From positions 32,001 to 96,000 of the forward strand of contig CAMAPH010000001.1 in NCBI GenBank assembly GCA_945859975.1: a stretch of 64,000 nt of DNA, in the 5' to 3' direction. The stretch comes from Chthonomonas calidirosea. Lineage in GTDB: Bacteria; Armatimonadota; Fimbriimonadia; Fimbriimonadales; Fimbriimonadaceae. Below the pieces are notes generated by a model. That model was given only the letters and a program-made list of their open reading frames with translations, ran no database searches and was not told the DNA's origin. Shown here piece by piece: positions 47,845 to 57,547 of the stretch. Each line of letters starts with the position of its first letter. Within the stretch, counting starts at the first letter, position 1. Position numbers and translations under genes: made by a program.

Positions 47845-50007
47845 ATGCTAGGCCTCGTCTTGGGTTTAGCGGTTCTGCCCTTTGCTACGGCAAGCTCCCA
47901 GACAGAGTCGGCTTCCTTTAGCCGCGCCCAAGATACGCATATCGTTAGCCTCGAGCCGGATGAAAATTTCGGGGGCAGCGCAACACTCAGCGGCGGACCG
48001 GATCGAACTATTCTGATCCGGTTCCCCGAGATCTCTACCCTTAACGGAAACAGAGTCAAAGTCAAGTCGGCGACGCTTCGTCTAACGATCGTCGCCGGAG
48101 ACAAACCCGAGTTTCGCCAGATCGGTGCGATTAAGTCCCCGTGGTCAGAAGGTCCCTTACGGACATTCATCAAGAACTTTCAGGCCAAGCCAAACCTACC
48201 CGTTGGTACCAAGACACCTGCCCCTATCAATGCGGCGACTTGGCGTGAGCGTTTCGGCCAACGAGCGGGCTGGCAACGACCTGGAGCTCAAGGTAACAAC
48301 GACGCCACTGAAATCCCTAACGTCCAGGTGACCTCTTCGGAATCGGAGGTCCTCGTCGGTGGTCTTGGCCCTACCGTCCAGAACTGGATTTCAACTCCAG
48401 AGCAGAATTTTGGGATCGCGCTGAAGCTTGCGAACAAATTTGAGTTCGCCAGCGCGCAGTCCACGATCGGTCAGCCCACGCTAATCGTGGAGTTTGAGCC
48501 AGCCACGAGCGCGACGGGCCCTGATCTGGCGATTGACTCCGTCGAGTCAGCGGCGGACGGACTAAGCATAACCGTTACGAATCTTGGTACCGAGCCTGCC
48601 AAGTTCAGCCTGAGCGCCAACGGCGATGAGCGAACCGGAAGCGAGATTGGTAGCGCCGCTCCACTTGCCCCCGGAAAGAGCGAAACGGTTAAGGTTTCGA
48701 AGCCTGCAATATCGAAGCTTGGTGAAGATTTCGCAAAACCCATTCGAATTCAACTGGTCACTGAGGGCGCAGACGCGAATCCGGAGGACAACCATTGGAC
48801 GTTCTACGACGGCGCGCCGAGCGTACGTGTAGCCCCAGAGCAATGGGCTCAACTCAAAAAGACGACGAGCTTGTTCAACGAGCTTTTGCTACCCATGAGC
48901 CGATACTCGTGGTGCCCCTCTGGGACGTCGGCGCGGGTAAATCCTTCGCGCTCCGCTGAGGCGACCTTGCTCCCGGACGGGTCCATCAAATCCGTCGCTC
49001 TCAGCCTCGGAGCACCAGACTTTTCTGCCACCAACTTCGATCAGACGAAGCCGCCATTCTCGACATCTCGTCGAGGGTCATCAGACTTGGCTCCGGGCTT
49101 AACGGGTTACGGCGACACCCGGTTCGAGGGAACGCTGCCGGGAACGCTCACGATTCCGTACGAGCCGTCATCCAGCCCAATATTCGATGTCACGCCGCTT
49201 TCGGTCCAAGCGTTGCTACCCGCAACGGACATTGCATTTATTGACGCGAAGCACAGAGGAAAGGCGGTCGAGTTACCCAAGACCACGATTATTCGAGTGC
49301 TTGACCTCGTAGGGCGCCCAATTTCGGGAGCCGATTACATTCTGTTGAACCCGAGCACTGGCGTACCTTTTGCCGAAGGAAAAACGGGAACCGGCAGCGT
49401 GGTGCTTCCCGCAACAACGGCTGGAGAACCTGCTGGCATGCGACTCCTTCGCGTTACCAAAAATGGAGTCTCCGACGATTTTTGGATCAAGACCTGGCAA
49501 CTCGTGGACACAGCGGCTCGCGGAAATCAGGCGGTGGCGTTCCTAGAGGCGAGACTCAACCTGCCTGATCTTTCGATCGAGCAATCCGATCTTGCCAAAG
49601 GAAAATCCATTTCCAACTCGGAAAACGATCCTCCAGCAAAACTTGTTTCCTTGGTTGGGAACGGTGCACCGTCGGGCGTTACTTTCGTCGGTAAGGATCG
49701 TGCGTGGGTCGAAATTGATCTCGGGCGAGACAGAACCATCGCGGAGATTGCGCTCTTTTCTGAGGGCGATTTTTGGAAGTCATTCCAGATTCTCGGATAC
49801 GGCACCGGGCAACGCGTGGACGAAGCTTCGCCCTTCGCCATCGAAGCAGACTTTCGGTGGGCTTTTGCGAACCGAAAAGACGCCGACGGCGCGGTTCGAT
49901 ACCGAGGACCGGCACCACGAGTGCGATTCATCCGCATCATCAATCGTGGCAAGTCAGACGGCCGATTAAACCGAATTGAAATCAAAGCTGCCCAACTGCC
50001 CGGCTAA
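47845..50007 (+). CDS. Secreted multidomain protein (DNRLRE-like, CARDB-like Ig, discoidin-like)
   Basis: QDTHI..PDENFGG, VKSATLRL, ATW; GPDLAI..VTNLG..DANPEDN; WVEIDLG..RFIRII. Confidence 0.75.
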   Translation: MLGLVLGLAVLPFATASSQTESASFSRAQDTHIVSLEPDENFGGSATLSGGPDRTILIRFPEISTLNGNRVKVKSATLRLTIVAGDKPEFRQIGAIKSPWSEGPLRTFIKNFQAKPNLPVGTKTPAPINAATWRERFGQRAGWQRPGAQGNNDATEIPNVQVTSSESEVLVGGLGPTVQNWISTPEQNFGIALKLANKFEFASAQSTIGQPTLIVEFEPATSATGPDLAIDSVESAADGLSITVTNLGTEPAKFSLSANGDERTGSEIGSAAPLAPGKSETVKVSKPAISKLGEDFAKPIRIQLVTEGADANPEDNHWTFYDGAPSVRVAPEQWAQLKKTTSLFNELLLPMSRYSWCPSGTSARVNPSRSAEATLLPDGSIKSVALSLGAPDFSATNFDQTKPPFSTSRRGSSDLAPGLTGYGDTRFEGTLPGTLTIPYEPSSSPIFDVTPLSVQALLPATDIAFIDAKHRGKAVELPKTTIIRVLDLVGRPISGADYILLNPSTGVPFAEGKTGTGSVVLPATTAGEPAGMRLLRVTKNGVSDDFWIKTWQLVDTAARGNQAVAFLEARLNLPDLSIEQSDLAKGKSISNSENDPPAKLVSLVGNGAPSGVTFVGKDRAWVEIDLGRDRTIAEIALFSEGDFWKSFQILGYGTGQRVDEASPFAIEADFRWAFANRKDADGAVRYRGPAPRVRFIRIINRGKSDGRLNRIEIKAAQLPG

Positions 50008-50025
50008 TCGCCAAAACTCCGGAAT

Positions 50026-50065
50026 AAAAAAAGTCTTCCTTCAACGGATTACCGGAAGGAAGACT
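50026..50065 (-). terminator. Terminator downstream of tRNA-Ile
   Basis: AGTCTTCCTTC...GAAGGAAGACT stem with an A-run (U-tract on the minus strand). Confidence 0.75.
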
Positions 50066-50141
50066 GGTGGGCCCGACAAGACTCGAACCTGTGACCTCAC
50101 CCTTATCAGGGGTGTGCTCTAACCAACTGAGCTACGAGCCC
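50065..50141 (-). tRNA. tRNA-Ile (GAT)
   Basis: GGGCTCGTAGCTCAGTTGGTTAGAGCACACCCCTGATAAGGGTGAGGTCACAGGTTCGAGTCTTGTCGGGCCCACCA; full cloverleaf, encoded CCA. Confidence 0.97.
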
Positions 50142-50161
50142 ACGCGATTTCAGAAGATACC

Positions 50162-50848
50162 TCAAAGTCCGACGCGCTGCAACAGGGGACGGACCCAAAT
50201 CTTGTAGGTCAGCAAAGGGGGACCATCCCGAAAGCCCACTACAACGCGAGGCAAGCGAAGAGGATCTGCCCCTTCAGGGACCAATCCCTTCGATAACGTG
50301 ACGCCTCTATCTAGACCGATCCGCTTCGCCACGCGAACCGTGAGATCATTGTGCGAGCCAAATGGGTAGCAAACCGATGTGATTGTAAGCCCTTCATCAA
50401 CGAGTGCTTGTTGCGCCAGAAGAAGCTCCTCAAGCACGATTCGTCGGGTTAAGCCGGCCAAGTGCGGGTGCCGATAGGTGTGATTCCCGATTTCGTGCCC
50501 GCCCCTTTCAAGCTCAAGCAGTTTTTCCATAGACGCAAGCTTTCTGGCTCGCGTCCCGTCCCAAGATGATTCCTCCAACCCGGGGACTGCGTAAAAGGTG
50601 GCCGAGAGCCCGTGAGGCTTGAAAATTTCCGGAACGTGATCGGTGGCGCATTGGTATGCGTCATCGAACGTGAAGGCGATTTCTCGAACGTTTGGGGCCA
50701 ATGCCAAGCCGCTGACGGTGCGGCCCTGAAATCCGCGTCGAAAGAAAAACTTGACGTGCTTGGCCAAAGTTTCGGGCGAGACGTTCAAAAATCGACCTTC
50801 GGCCGACTCCGGTCCGACCTTGTGATAACAAAGAATGAGGCTCGGCAT
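50162..50848 (-). CDS. Polysaccharide deacetylase (CE4)
   Basis: LCYHKV, FTFDDAY, EIGNHTYRH, YPFG. Confidence 0.9.
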   Translation of the reverse strand: MPSLILCYHKVGPESAEGRFLNVSPETLAKHVKFFFRRGFQGRTVSGLALAPNVREIAFTFDDAYQCATDHVPEIFKPHGLSATFYAVPGLEESSWDGTRARKLASMEKLLELERGGHEIGNHTYRHPHLAGLTRRIVLEELLLAQQALVDEGLTITSVCYPFGSHNDLTVRVAKRIGLDRGVTLSKGLVPEGADPLRLPRVVVGFRDGPPLLTYKIWVRPLLQRVGL

Positions 50849-50973
50849 CGCTCAAGCGTGACGCGGTGACCGCTTCGCGCGTCCCAAGTATGACTGAGTG
50901 TGTCCGGTAGACATCCCGGACGGGCTCTGTCTACAATGTACGGGGGAGTTTTCCCCGGAGACGAACGGTTACG

Positions 50974-52746
50974 ATGCGAAAAATGCGCACTTTCACAACC
51001 GGCTGTATGGCCCTCTTCGCTACGGTCGCTATGGCCCAACTTGACGGACCGGCACCGCTCGCGTGGCGATGGCTGTACCCAACGACGGTCGCCCCCAGTG
51101 GCGCACCGCTGGTGGATGGAGACACCATGTACACCAGCGTTGGTGGTCGAGTCTTTTCGATCGAAAAGGCGTCTGGGAATCTGAAGTGGCGATATCCGCA
51201 ACTGGATCCAATTGCAGGCGCTTTCCGTTCTGCCCCAGTAAAGGCTGCAGGCATCATCGTCGCGATCGGCGACAACAAGATTGCCTACGGAATTGACCCC
51301 GCGAAGGGCGAACCGAAGTGGACCATCAACACGCCAGGCTCACCCATCGGTCAGCCAATCGTTGTTGAAGATAAATACGTTGTCTTCGCTCAAGCAAACA
51401 ACACGCTGGTAGCACTTGATGCAAACACCGGCGAAACGGCTTGGACGGCACCTTTGGCTGTTCCGGGTGGAATTTCCGGCGGAATTGCTGGCTTTGCAAA
51501 CAACATCCTTGTTTTCAACACGCAGCAAGAACTGCTTTCGATCAACATCGCGACCCAAAAGGTGAACTGGAAACAGCGATTCGAGCGAGTTGTTTCCGGT
51601 GCGGTTCCAATCGTCGCCGCGGATACGATTTACGCAAACTCGGGCGGCGTTTTGGTCGCACTAAACGCGGCAACCGGCAGCCTGAAATGGCAAGTCGCCA
51701 CAGGACTCCAACTGATCTACTCTCCGGCGGTTTCGTCTTCAGGAATTCTGGTCACCAGTTCCGAGGGCATCTGCAAGATTTATGACCTCAACCGAACGCT
51801 GATTTCGAAGGTTCCGGTGAAACTGGGCAGCGGTCCTATCGCAACACCGACTTCATCTGGCAGCAAGTACGTGGTTCTTACCGCGAACGGCGCCGTAAAT
51901 TTGGTGGACCCGACGCAGAGCAAGCCAATCTGGAGCTACGTGATTCGTCCACTTGAAGAGCCAGCTGGCGGTGCGGTCGGTGGTCGCGGACCAGGTGCCG
52001 GTGGTCCTGGCGCAGGCGGTCCTGGTGGCGGCTTTGGTGGCGGCGGCGGCGCTGGTGGATTCGGCGGTGCTGGTGGCGCCGGTGGATTCGGCGGTGGCGG
52101 TGCTGGCGGCGGCCGAAACGGCGGCGGCGGCCAAGGTGCTGGTGGCGGCGCCGGACAAGGCGGCCCTGGCGGCGGCGGTCCTGGTGGCGGTGGTCCTGGC
52201 GGACAGGGTCAGAACACCCTTCCTCCAGTGTTCGTGCAAGCTTCCGGAGCGGCTACCGTTTCTGGAAACACCCTCTTGGTCCCAGCAAAGGATGGCAGCG
52301 TCCTAGCCTTCGACAATCTTCTCGGCGTAGACCTCACGGCTCCACAAGTCACGATGCTGTTCCCTAACCCGGGAGACCAGGTTTCCGGGCAGCCTCCGCT
52401 GTTCCTCGCGTTCAAGATTTCCGATGAGGCATCTGGATGGAACGAGAGCACGCTCAAGATTGAAGTTGATGGCCAGAAATTGGATTACACGATTGGCCGA
52501 GATGGACTGATCGTCGTGCGATTCAGCACCGTCGGTGCAAACCGAGTCCTCACGAACGGTCGCAAGAAGTTCGTAGTCACGGTTCTTGACTGGCTCGGCA
52601 ACGAAGCAAAGCAAGACTTCGCGCTCACCATCGATAACTCGCTCGCTCCGGTTAAGTTGCCAGGATCGCAGAATAATGGCCAGCCTGGCGGAGCCGGTGG
52701 CGGCGGAATCGGCGGCGGCGGTGGCGGTGGCGGAATCGGCGGCTAA
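50974..52746 (+). CDS. Secreted PQQ-like beta-propeller protein with Gly-rich insertion and C-terminal Ig-like domain
   Basis: Repeated LD/N..TG..W blades; poly-Gly segment about 51967-52209; DLTAPQV..DWLGN. Confidence 0.85.
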   Translation: MRKMRTFTTGCMALFATVAMAQLDGPAPLAWRWLYPTTVAPSGAPLVDGDTMYTSVGGRVFSIEKASGNLKWRYPQLDPIAGAFRSAPVKAAGIIVAIGDNKIAYGIDPAKGEPKWTINTPGSPIGQPIVVEDKYVVFAQANNTLVALDANTGETAWTAPLAVPGGISGGIAGFANNILVFNTQQELLSINIATQKVNWKQRFERVVSGAVPIVAADTIYANSGGVLVALNAATGSLKWQVATGLQLIYSPAVSSSGILVTSSEGICKIYDLNRTLISKVPVKLGSGPIATPTSSGSKYVVLTANGAVNLVDPTQSKPIWSYVIRPLEEPAGGAVGGRGPGAGGPGAGGPGGGFGGGGGAGGFGGAGGAGGFGGGGAGGGRNGGGGQGAGGGAGQGGPGGGGPGGGGPGGQGQNTLPPVFVQASGAATVSGNTLLVPAKDGSVLAFDNLLGVDLTAPQVTMLFPNPGDQVSGQPPLFLAFKISDEASGWNESTLKIEVDGQKLDYTIGRDGLIVVRFSTVGANRVLTNGRKKFVVTVLDWLGNEAKQDFALTIDNSLAPVKLPGSQNNGQPGGAGGGGIGGGGGGGGIGG

Positions 52747-52757
52747 GCCCACCTAAC

Positions 52758-53786
52758 ATGACGACGGAGTTCATTCAACAACTCCTCGCCAGCGAAGTAT
52801 CGCCCGCCAAAGCGCGGGCGATACTTGCGTCTGAGGATGATTTTCTCGCTAGCCCTCTACTCACTGAGGTTGAGCGGAATCGTGCCCGAAACGCGCCCCT
52901 AGACGCCCTAACGGACGCGCTTCGCAACGGAGCCGAGCCGATTCGGCCAGCGGAGATGCCCGAGTTACTGCACGAACTTGAGATTCCCCCGCCGGCACTG
53001 TTCGGTTGGGGCGATTTGAGTTGCCTGCATCGACCGACCATTGCCATTGTCGGAACCCGCGGCGCCAGCACTTACGGCAAGGCATGCGCCCAAAAGTTTG
53101 CGGAAGCCTTTGCCCAACGCGGAGTGACGGTGGTCAGTGGCGGTGCGCTTGGAATTGATGCCGCCGCCCATAAGGGTGCCCTGGCGGTTGAAGGCGCCAC
53201 GGTCGCTGTCCTCGCTTGCGGAGTTGACGTGACCTACCCGGCTGCCCATGCCGGACTGTTTATGCAAATCCGGGAGCGAGGCGCGATCCTAAGCCAGTTT
53301 GCCTGCGGCAGCAAACCGAACGAATACAAGTTCCTGCAAAGGAACAGCCTCATTGCGGCGCTGAGCCTCGCGGTGCTGGTGGTTGAAGCGCCGGCAAGAT
53401 CGGGTGCTCTGAGCACGGCGAACATTGCAAACGACATCGGCCGTCCGGTGTTTGTCGTTCCTGCAAACATCAATAATCCGAACTTTCTGGGCTCGTTTGC
53501 GCTTATTCGAGACGGAGCCACCCTGGTCGATCACCCCGACCAAGTGCTGGAATCCCTGGATTTGGACACTACTCCTTCCCTCTTCACCGGAAGTAGTTTT
53601 GCGAAGACCGACTCCGATTCCTTGGCAGGACGAATCCTTGCCGTGCTTACGGTTGAGCCGCAGCCAACCGACAAAATCGTCGCTGCGGTAGGCGCAACGG
53701 CTTCAGATGTCCTTGGAGAACTCACCATGCTGGAGCTTGACGGCAAAATACTTCGGGACGGTCCGGGCTACGCTATAAAGCCATGA
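52758..53786 (+). CDS. dprA: DNA-processing protein DprA
   Basis: IAIVGTR, VVSGGALGIDAAAH, FLQRN, VVEAPARSGAL; C-terminal winged helix. Confidence 0.95.
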   Translation: MTTEFIQQLLASEVSPAKARAILASEDDFLASPLLTEVERNRARNAPLDALTDALRNGAEPIRPAEMPELLHELEIPPPALFGWGDLSCLHRPTIAIVGTRGASTYGKACAQKFAEAFAQRGVTVVSGGALGIDAAAHKGALAVEGATVAVLACGVDVTYPAAHAGLFMQIRERGAILSQFACGSKPNEYKFLQRNSLIAALSLAVLVVEAPARSGALSTANIANDIGRPVFVVPANINNPNFLGSFALIRDGATLVDHPDQVLESLDLDTTPSLFTGSSFAKTDSDSLAGRILAVLTVEPQPTDKIVAAVGATASDVLGELTMLELDGKILRDGPGYAIKP

Positions 53787-54820
53787 AGGGCACTTTCCGC
53801 GCAATCGGTCCGTCGGGATTTGGGACATACGACGTTGACCTCGATTCCGGAACCTGGACACCCACCGATGCCCAGGATGCGCCGCTCCTTGCTCCAGGAT
53901 TTGTCGACATCCATTTCCATGGAGCCTTCGGTATCGACTTCATGACCAGCGACGCCGAGCAACAACTCGAACTCGCGCAGCAACTCGACGCGATTGGTTA
54001 CGACAAAGTGCTCTTCACCACCGTCACCGCGCTCGTTGAAGACGTGACGCGAGCGATCGAAGGGCTCCCGAGCCATCCCGTCGTTGCCGGTTTTCACTTG
54101 GAAGGTCCGTTCATTTCGCCGGTTTTTCCCGGTGCTCAGCCTGCTGCCTTCATTCAAAACCCTGCCGAGCACGGCGACAAGTGGGAAGAAGTTCTCAACC
54201 ATCCTCGACTCAAGCTGGTCACTCTCGCCCCAGAAATCCCGGGGGGATATGCGCTAATCGCGCAACTCACGGAACGCCACGTCGTCTCCAGCCTTGGGCA
54301 CACGAATGCCACTTTTGAAGAATGCGTAATGGCGGCCGACGCCGGGGCGCGGCACACGACCCATACATTCAACGCAATGCGGCCCTTGCATCACCGAGAA
54401 GCCGGAACGGTTGGGTTTGCGTTGCTCGACGATCGAATCCGAACGGAGCTGATCTACGATCGGATCCACGTATCGCCTCCGGCGGCCAGGGTTTTGGTTC
54501 GCGCAAAGTCCGACAAGATCGTCGCCGTCAGCGACTCGACGATGGCTTCTGGCCTGAAGGAAGGGACAGAACTCTTCATGTGGGGACTTGAGTGTGTGGT
54601 AGGAAAGGGCCAAGTGCGACTCAAGAACGGGACACTAGCTGGAAGCGCGATCACGCTAGCAAACGCGTTCCAAAATTTGGCGCAGGACTTTGGACCGGAG
54701 CTCGCCATTCGAAGCTGTTGTCTGAACCCGAGATCGGTGGTTGGGAATCCCCCCATCCGGCAGTGGCTGGTCTTTGACGAACAGTTTAAGGTCGTCGATC
54801 GGTATCGGCTCGAAGCCTAA
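53783..54820 (+). CDS. nagA: N-acetylglucosamine-6-phosphate deacetylase
   Basis: PGFVDIHFHG, HLEGPF, TLAPE, GHT, THTFNAM, LAGS. Confidence 0.94.
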   Translation: MKGTFRAIGPSGFGTYDVDLDSGTWTPTDAQDAPLLAPGFVDIHFHGAFGIDFMTSDAEQQLELAQQLDAIGYDKVLFTTVTALVEDVTRAIEGLPSHPVVAGFHLEGPFISPVFPGAQPAAFIQNPAEHGDKWEEVLNHPRLKLVTLAPEIPGGYALIAQLTERHVVSSLGHTNATFEECVMAADAGARHTTHTFNAMRPLHHREAGTVGFALLDDRIRTELIYDRIHVSPPAARVLVRAKSDKIVAVSDSTMASGLKEGTELFMWGLECVVGKGQVRLKNGTLAGSAITLANAFQNLAQDFGPELAIRSCCLNPRSVVGNPPIRQWLVFDEQFKVVDRYRLEA

Positions 54821-55701
54821 CCCACCATTCGGTTGAGACGGTCCCAAACTGCTGCCCACTCCAAAGTTCGTGGCGGGGTCTGGATCTCAATCTCGGGCGG
54901 GTTCATTTCTTCCATCTGATGCAGGGCGGCGTAGAGTCTCGCCGCGTAGGCTCTTGGCTCTCGGGGCATCGGTATCTGCTTGATCGTCGCGGACAGGATG
55001 GTAAGCCCGTACGCTTCCGGTGTGGGGACTCCCACGAGTCGCACGGGAATCTTCGGAGCGTAGTGCCGCTTGTACTGACCGGGAACGCGGACGTCGGCAT
55101 CTGAATCCACGACCGGGATGAATTGCTCAATATCTGCCCGAGAAATTGAACCGGATCTCAGAATCGCAACAACATCCGAGCGACGGCAGTCGACGATCGT
55201 CGACTCAATACCAACTTCACACGGGCCCCCATCGAGGATCGCGAACACCTTCTGGGAGATTTCCGAGGAAACGTCCTCCGCGCGGGTTGGGGAAAGTCGA
55301 GTAAAAACGTTTGCGCTTGGAGCGACGATTGGTTCGCCAACCAGCTCAAGCAGCCGAAGCGCAACCGGATGCGCAGGCATTCGGATTGCGACCGTTCCTA
55401 ATTCCGAGTCTGTCGGCAGGACGATCGTCATGGGGCCAGGCCAGAATGCTGCGGTTAGCTTGTCACCGGAATAAGTCCACGTTGAAGCGATATTTTTTGC
55501 GTCATCGATGCTGCCGACGTGAACGATCAGAGGGTTATTGGAGGGGCGGCTTTTGACCTCGTAGATTTGGCGATTGGCTGCAGAGCTTCGGGCCAAACCC
55601 GCCAAGCCGTACACCGTTTCGGTCGGCATCACTACCAGCTCTTCGCGAAGCAGGGCGGCGGCGCAATGAGCGAGATTTTCTGAAGACGCCTCCAGAATCA
55701 A
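54817..55701 (-). CDS. sua5: L-threonylcarbamoyladenylate synthase (Sua5)
   Basis: PTETVYGL, K.RP.NNPLIVH, FWPGP, APSAN, GIESTI, HYAP and SUA5 C-domain. Confidence 0.93.
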   Translation of the reverse strand: MILEASSENLAHCAAALLREELVVMPTETVYGLAGLARSSAANRQIYEVKSRPSNNPLIVHVGSIDDAKNIASTWTYSGDKLTAAFWPGPMTIVLPTDSELGTVAIRMPAHPVALRLLELVGEPIVAPSANVFTRLSPTRAEDVSSEISQKVFAILDGGPCEVGIESTIVDCRRSDVVAILRSGSISRADIEQFIPVVDSDADVRVPGQYKRHYAPKIPVRLVGVPTPEAYGLTILSATIKQIPMPREPRAYAARLYAALHQMEEMNPPEIEIQTPPRTLEWAAVWDRLNRMVG

Positions 55702-56492
55702 AGTCCAACCGCCCGCCGCATCGGCTCTCGCGGGACGGGGCGTCCAAGCCAGAATTCCATGGCAAGCGCTCCTTGCGCCACCAGCATCGCGCGGCCATCG
55801 AGCTTTGGGCGCGATCCGGCAGCAGCTAGAAATGCCGTCGGCTCGGAACTGTACATGAGATCATAGGCCACTGCCTCGGGGTCTGCGGCGGTCCAATCGA
55901 GCTCCAGCACAGCTCCGGTTAGCGATGCACTGGTCGCGTTGATGACGATGTCTGCGTCTGCGACGGTTGGCTCGGCTAGGACCACCACTCCTGGGATAAC
56001 GGCGGCAAGTTCGTGAGCCCTTGCCTCGGTTCGGTTCCAGAGCCGGACCTCGTAACCAGCCGCGGACAATGACAGCACGATGGCTCGGGCAGATCCGCCT
56101 GCACCCAGAACGGTGGCGCGTCGGCCGGGAAACTGGGAAATTGTTTCCAAAAAGCCGGGACCGTCCGTGTTATTTCCTTCTCGCCCTTGAAGGGCAATGG
56201 TGTTAACTGCTTCTGCCGCGGAGGCGAACTCAGACACCCTTTCGCACCATTGGCGCGCGGCCGACTTGTTGGGCACGGTCACGTTGATGCCTTCGAATCC
56301 GAGGCTCGAAAGGTGGTCCAGCGCTTTTCCTACTTCGGCTTCTGGCACCTGAATTGCCACGTACTCCCCTCGTTCACCGAGTTCTCGAAGAACCGCGTTC
56401 TGCATTTTTGGCGACAGCGAATGGCTTACCGGATATCCGATCACGGCGAACCGCGCGGCCGGTGCGTCTCGCCAGGGGTACACCTGGTTCAT
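55698..56492 (-). CDS. aroE: Shikimate dehydrogenase
   Basis: GYPVSHSLSP, NVTVPNK, NTDG, LGAGGSARA, NRT, DLMY, MLVAQG. Start ATG 56492. Confidence 0.94.
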   Translation of the reverse strand: MNQVYPWRDAPAARFAVIGYPVSHSLSPKMQNAVLRELGERGEYVAIQVPEAEVGKALDHLSSLGFEGINVTVPNKSAARQWCERVSEFASAAEAVNTIALQGREGNNTDGPGFLETISQFPGRRATVLGAGGSARAIVLSLSAAGYEVRLWNRTEARAHELAAVIPGVVVLAEPTVADADIVINATSASLTGAVLELDWTAADPEAVAYDLMYSSEPTAFLAAAGSRPKLDGRAMLVAQGALAMEFWLGRPVPREPMRRAVGL

Positions 56493-57547
56493 TCTGCCGG
56501 GGCTCGGAAGGCGTAGTACCGCTGGCCCAGGAAGTTCCAAACTGCAACGATTGCCGCGGCAAGGACGTTCGCCAACAAAACGCTGTCACCAGGCAAGACG
56601 TTGTAGAAGAACGAGAATAGGCCGATGTTCAACAGGGCAGCAACCGTCGTGATGACATAGAATTTCCGCACCTGAACGGCGCGAGGTGCCTTGCCAACGG
56701 CTTCAAATGTCCACGACCGATTAAAGATCAAGCTGTTGAAAGTCGCAATTCCCCACGCGATCAGACCTGCAACGGGTGAGGCCAATTTCAGCGGAGCCGA
56801 ACTGCGCATGATTTCCTGAACAACCGTGCCTTGCAACGCACCGCCAATCGCGAGGCCCAGGCCGGTGAAGCGCATGATCACAAGCTTGACGAAACTGTCG
56901 ATGACAAACGACGTTCCCCCGACGACGATGAAACGTGTGAGCTGCTTTAGGAGCGTTCGCTCCTGAACTTCCGGACCACCCGCGCCTTCCTTTCCTAGGA
57001 TTAAGGCCTTGTATATTTGTGTTTTCAAGAATCCCTCGATGGCGCGGTTCACGGCTGTTCCCTTGAACTCCGGGCCTTCCATCTTTTCAACCCAAATTGC
57101 ATCGATTCCGCTCCGGTTCGCGCCAAAAATATCGGTAACCAGTTGATCGCCGATCATGATTGCCTCTGACGGCGCGCACTGGAACTTAAGTAGAGCCAGC
57201 CGAAACATGGCGCGGCTTGGTTTCATTCGGCCCCGCACTACGGCGACATTGAGCGATTCGGACAGTCGCATCAACCTTTCCGGCCGACGCGTGTTGCTGA
57301 TGAGGCATAACTGGAAGCCCATTTCTTTGGCCTTCGTTAGCCATTCGGACACTCCTGGGGCCGGGGCTTCGCCTTTCCATTCGACCAAGGTGTGGTCAAC
57401 GTCGAGAAGGATCAGCTTCTTTCCGCGCTCTTTGAGTCGGTCCAGATCGACGTCTTTTAGGCCATGCACGGCCTCCGCGGGTGTGAACTTGCGGAATCCC
57501 CGACCGACGCGGGCATGATCGAATTCGCCGGTTATCCAAGTTTTCAT
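56489..57547 (-). CDS. YqeG-family HAD-IIIA phosphatase fused to a GtrA-like membrane domain
   Basis: LDVDHTL, ISN, KP, IGDQLVTDIFGANR; then RFIVVG..NRSWTF..WNFLGQRYYAF (GtrA pattern). Confidence 0.88.
   Translation of the reverse strand: MKTWITGEFDHARVGRGFRKFTPAEAVHGLKDVDLDRLKERGKKLILLDVDHTLVEWKGEAPAPGVSEWLTKAKEMGFQLCLISNTRRPERLMRLSESLNVAVVRGRMKPSRAMFRLALLKFQCAPSEAIMIGDQLVTDIFGANRSGIDAIWVEKMEGPEFKGTAVNRAIEGFLKTQIYKALILGKEGAGGPEVQERTLLKQLTRFIVVGGTSFVIDSFVKLVIMRFTGLGLAIGGALQGTVVQEIMRSSAPLKLASPVAGLIAWGIATFNSLIFNRSWTFEAVGKAPRAVQVRKFYVITTVAALLNIGLFSFFYNVLPGDSVLLANVLAAAIVAVWNFLGQRYYAFRAPAE

Noticed and set aside
1047..55701. Apparent clustering of tRNA-modification genes (trhO, tsaD, mnmG, sua5)
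   Set aside because: Spread over 55 kb in separate transcription units; ordinary core genome.
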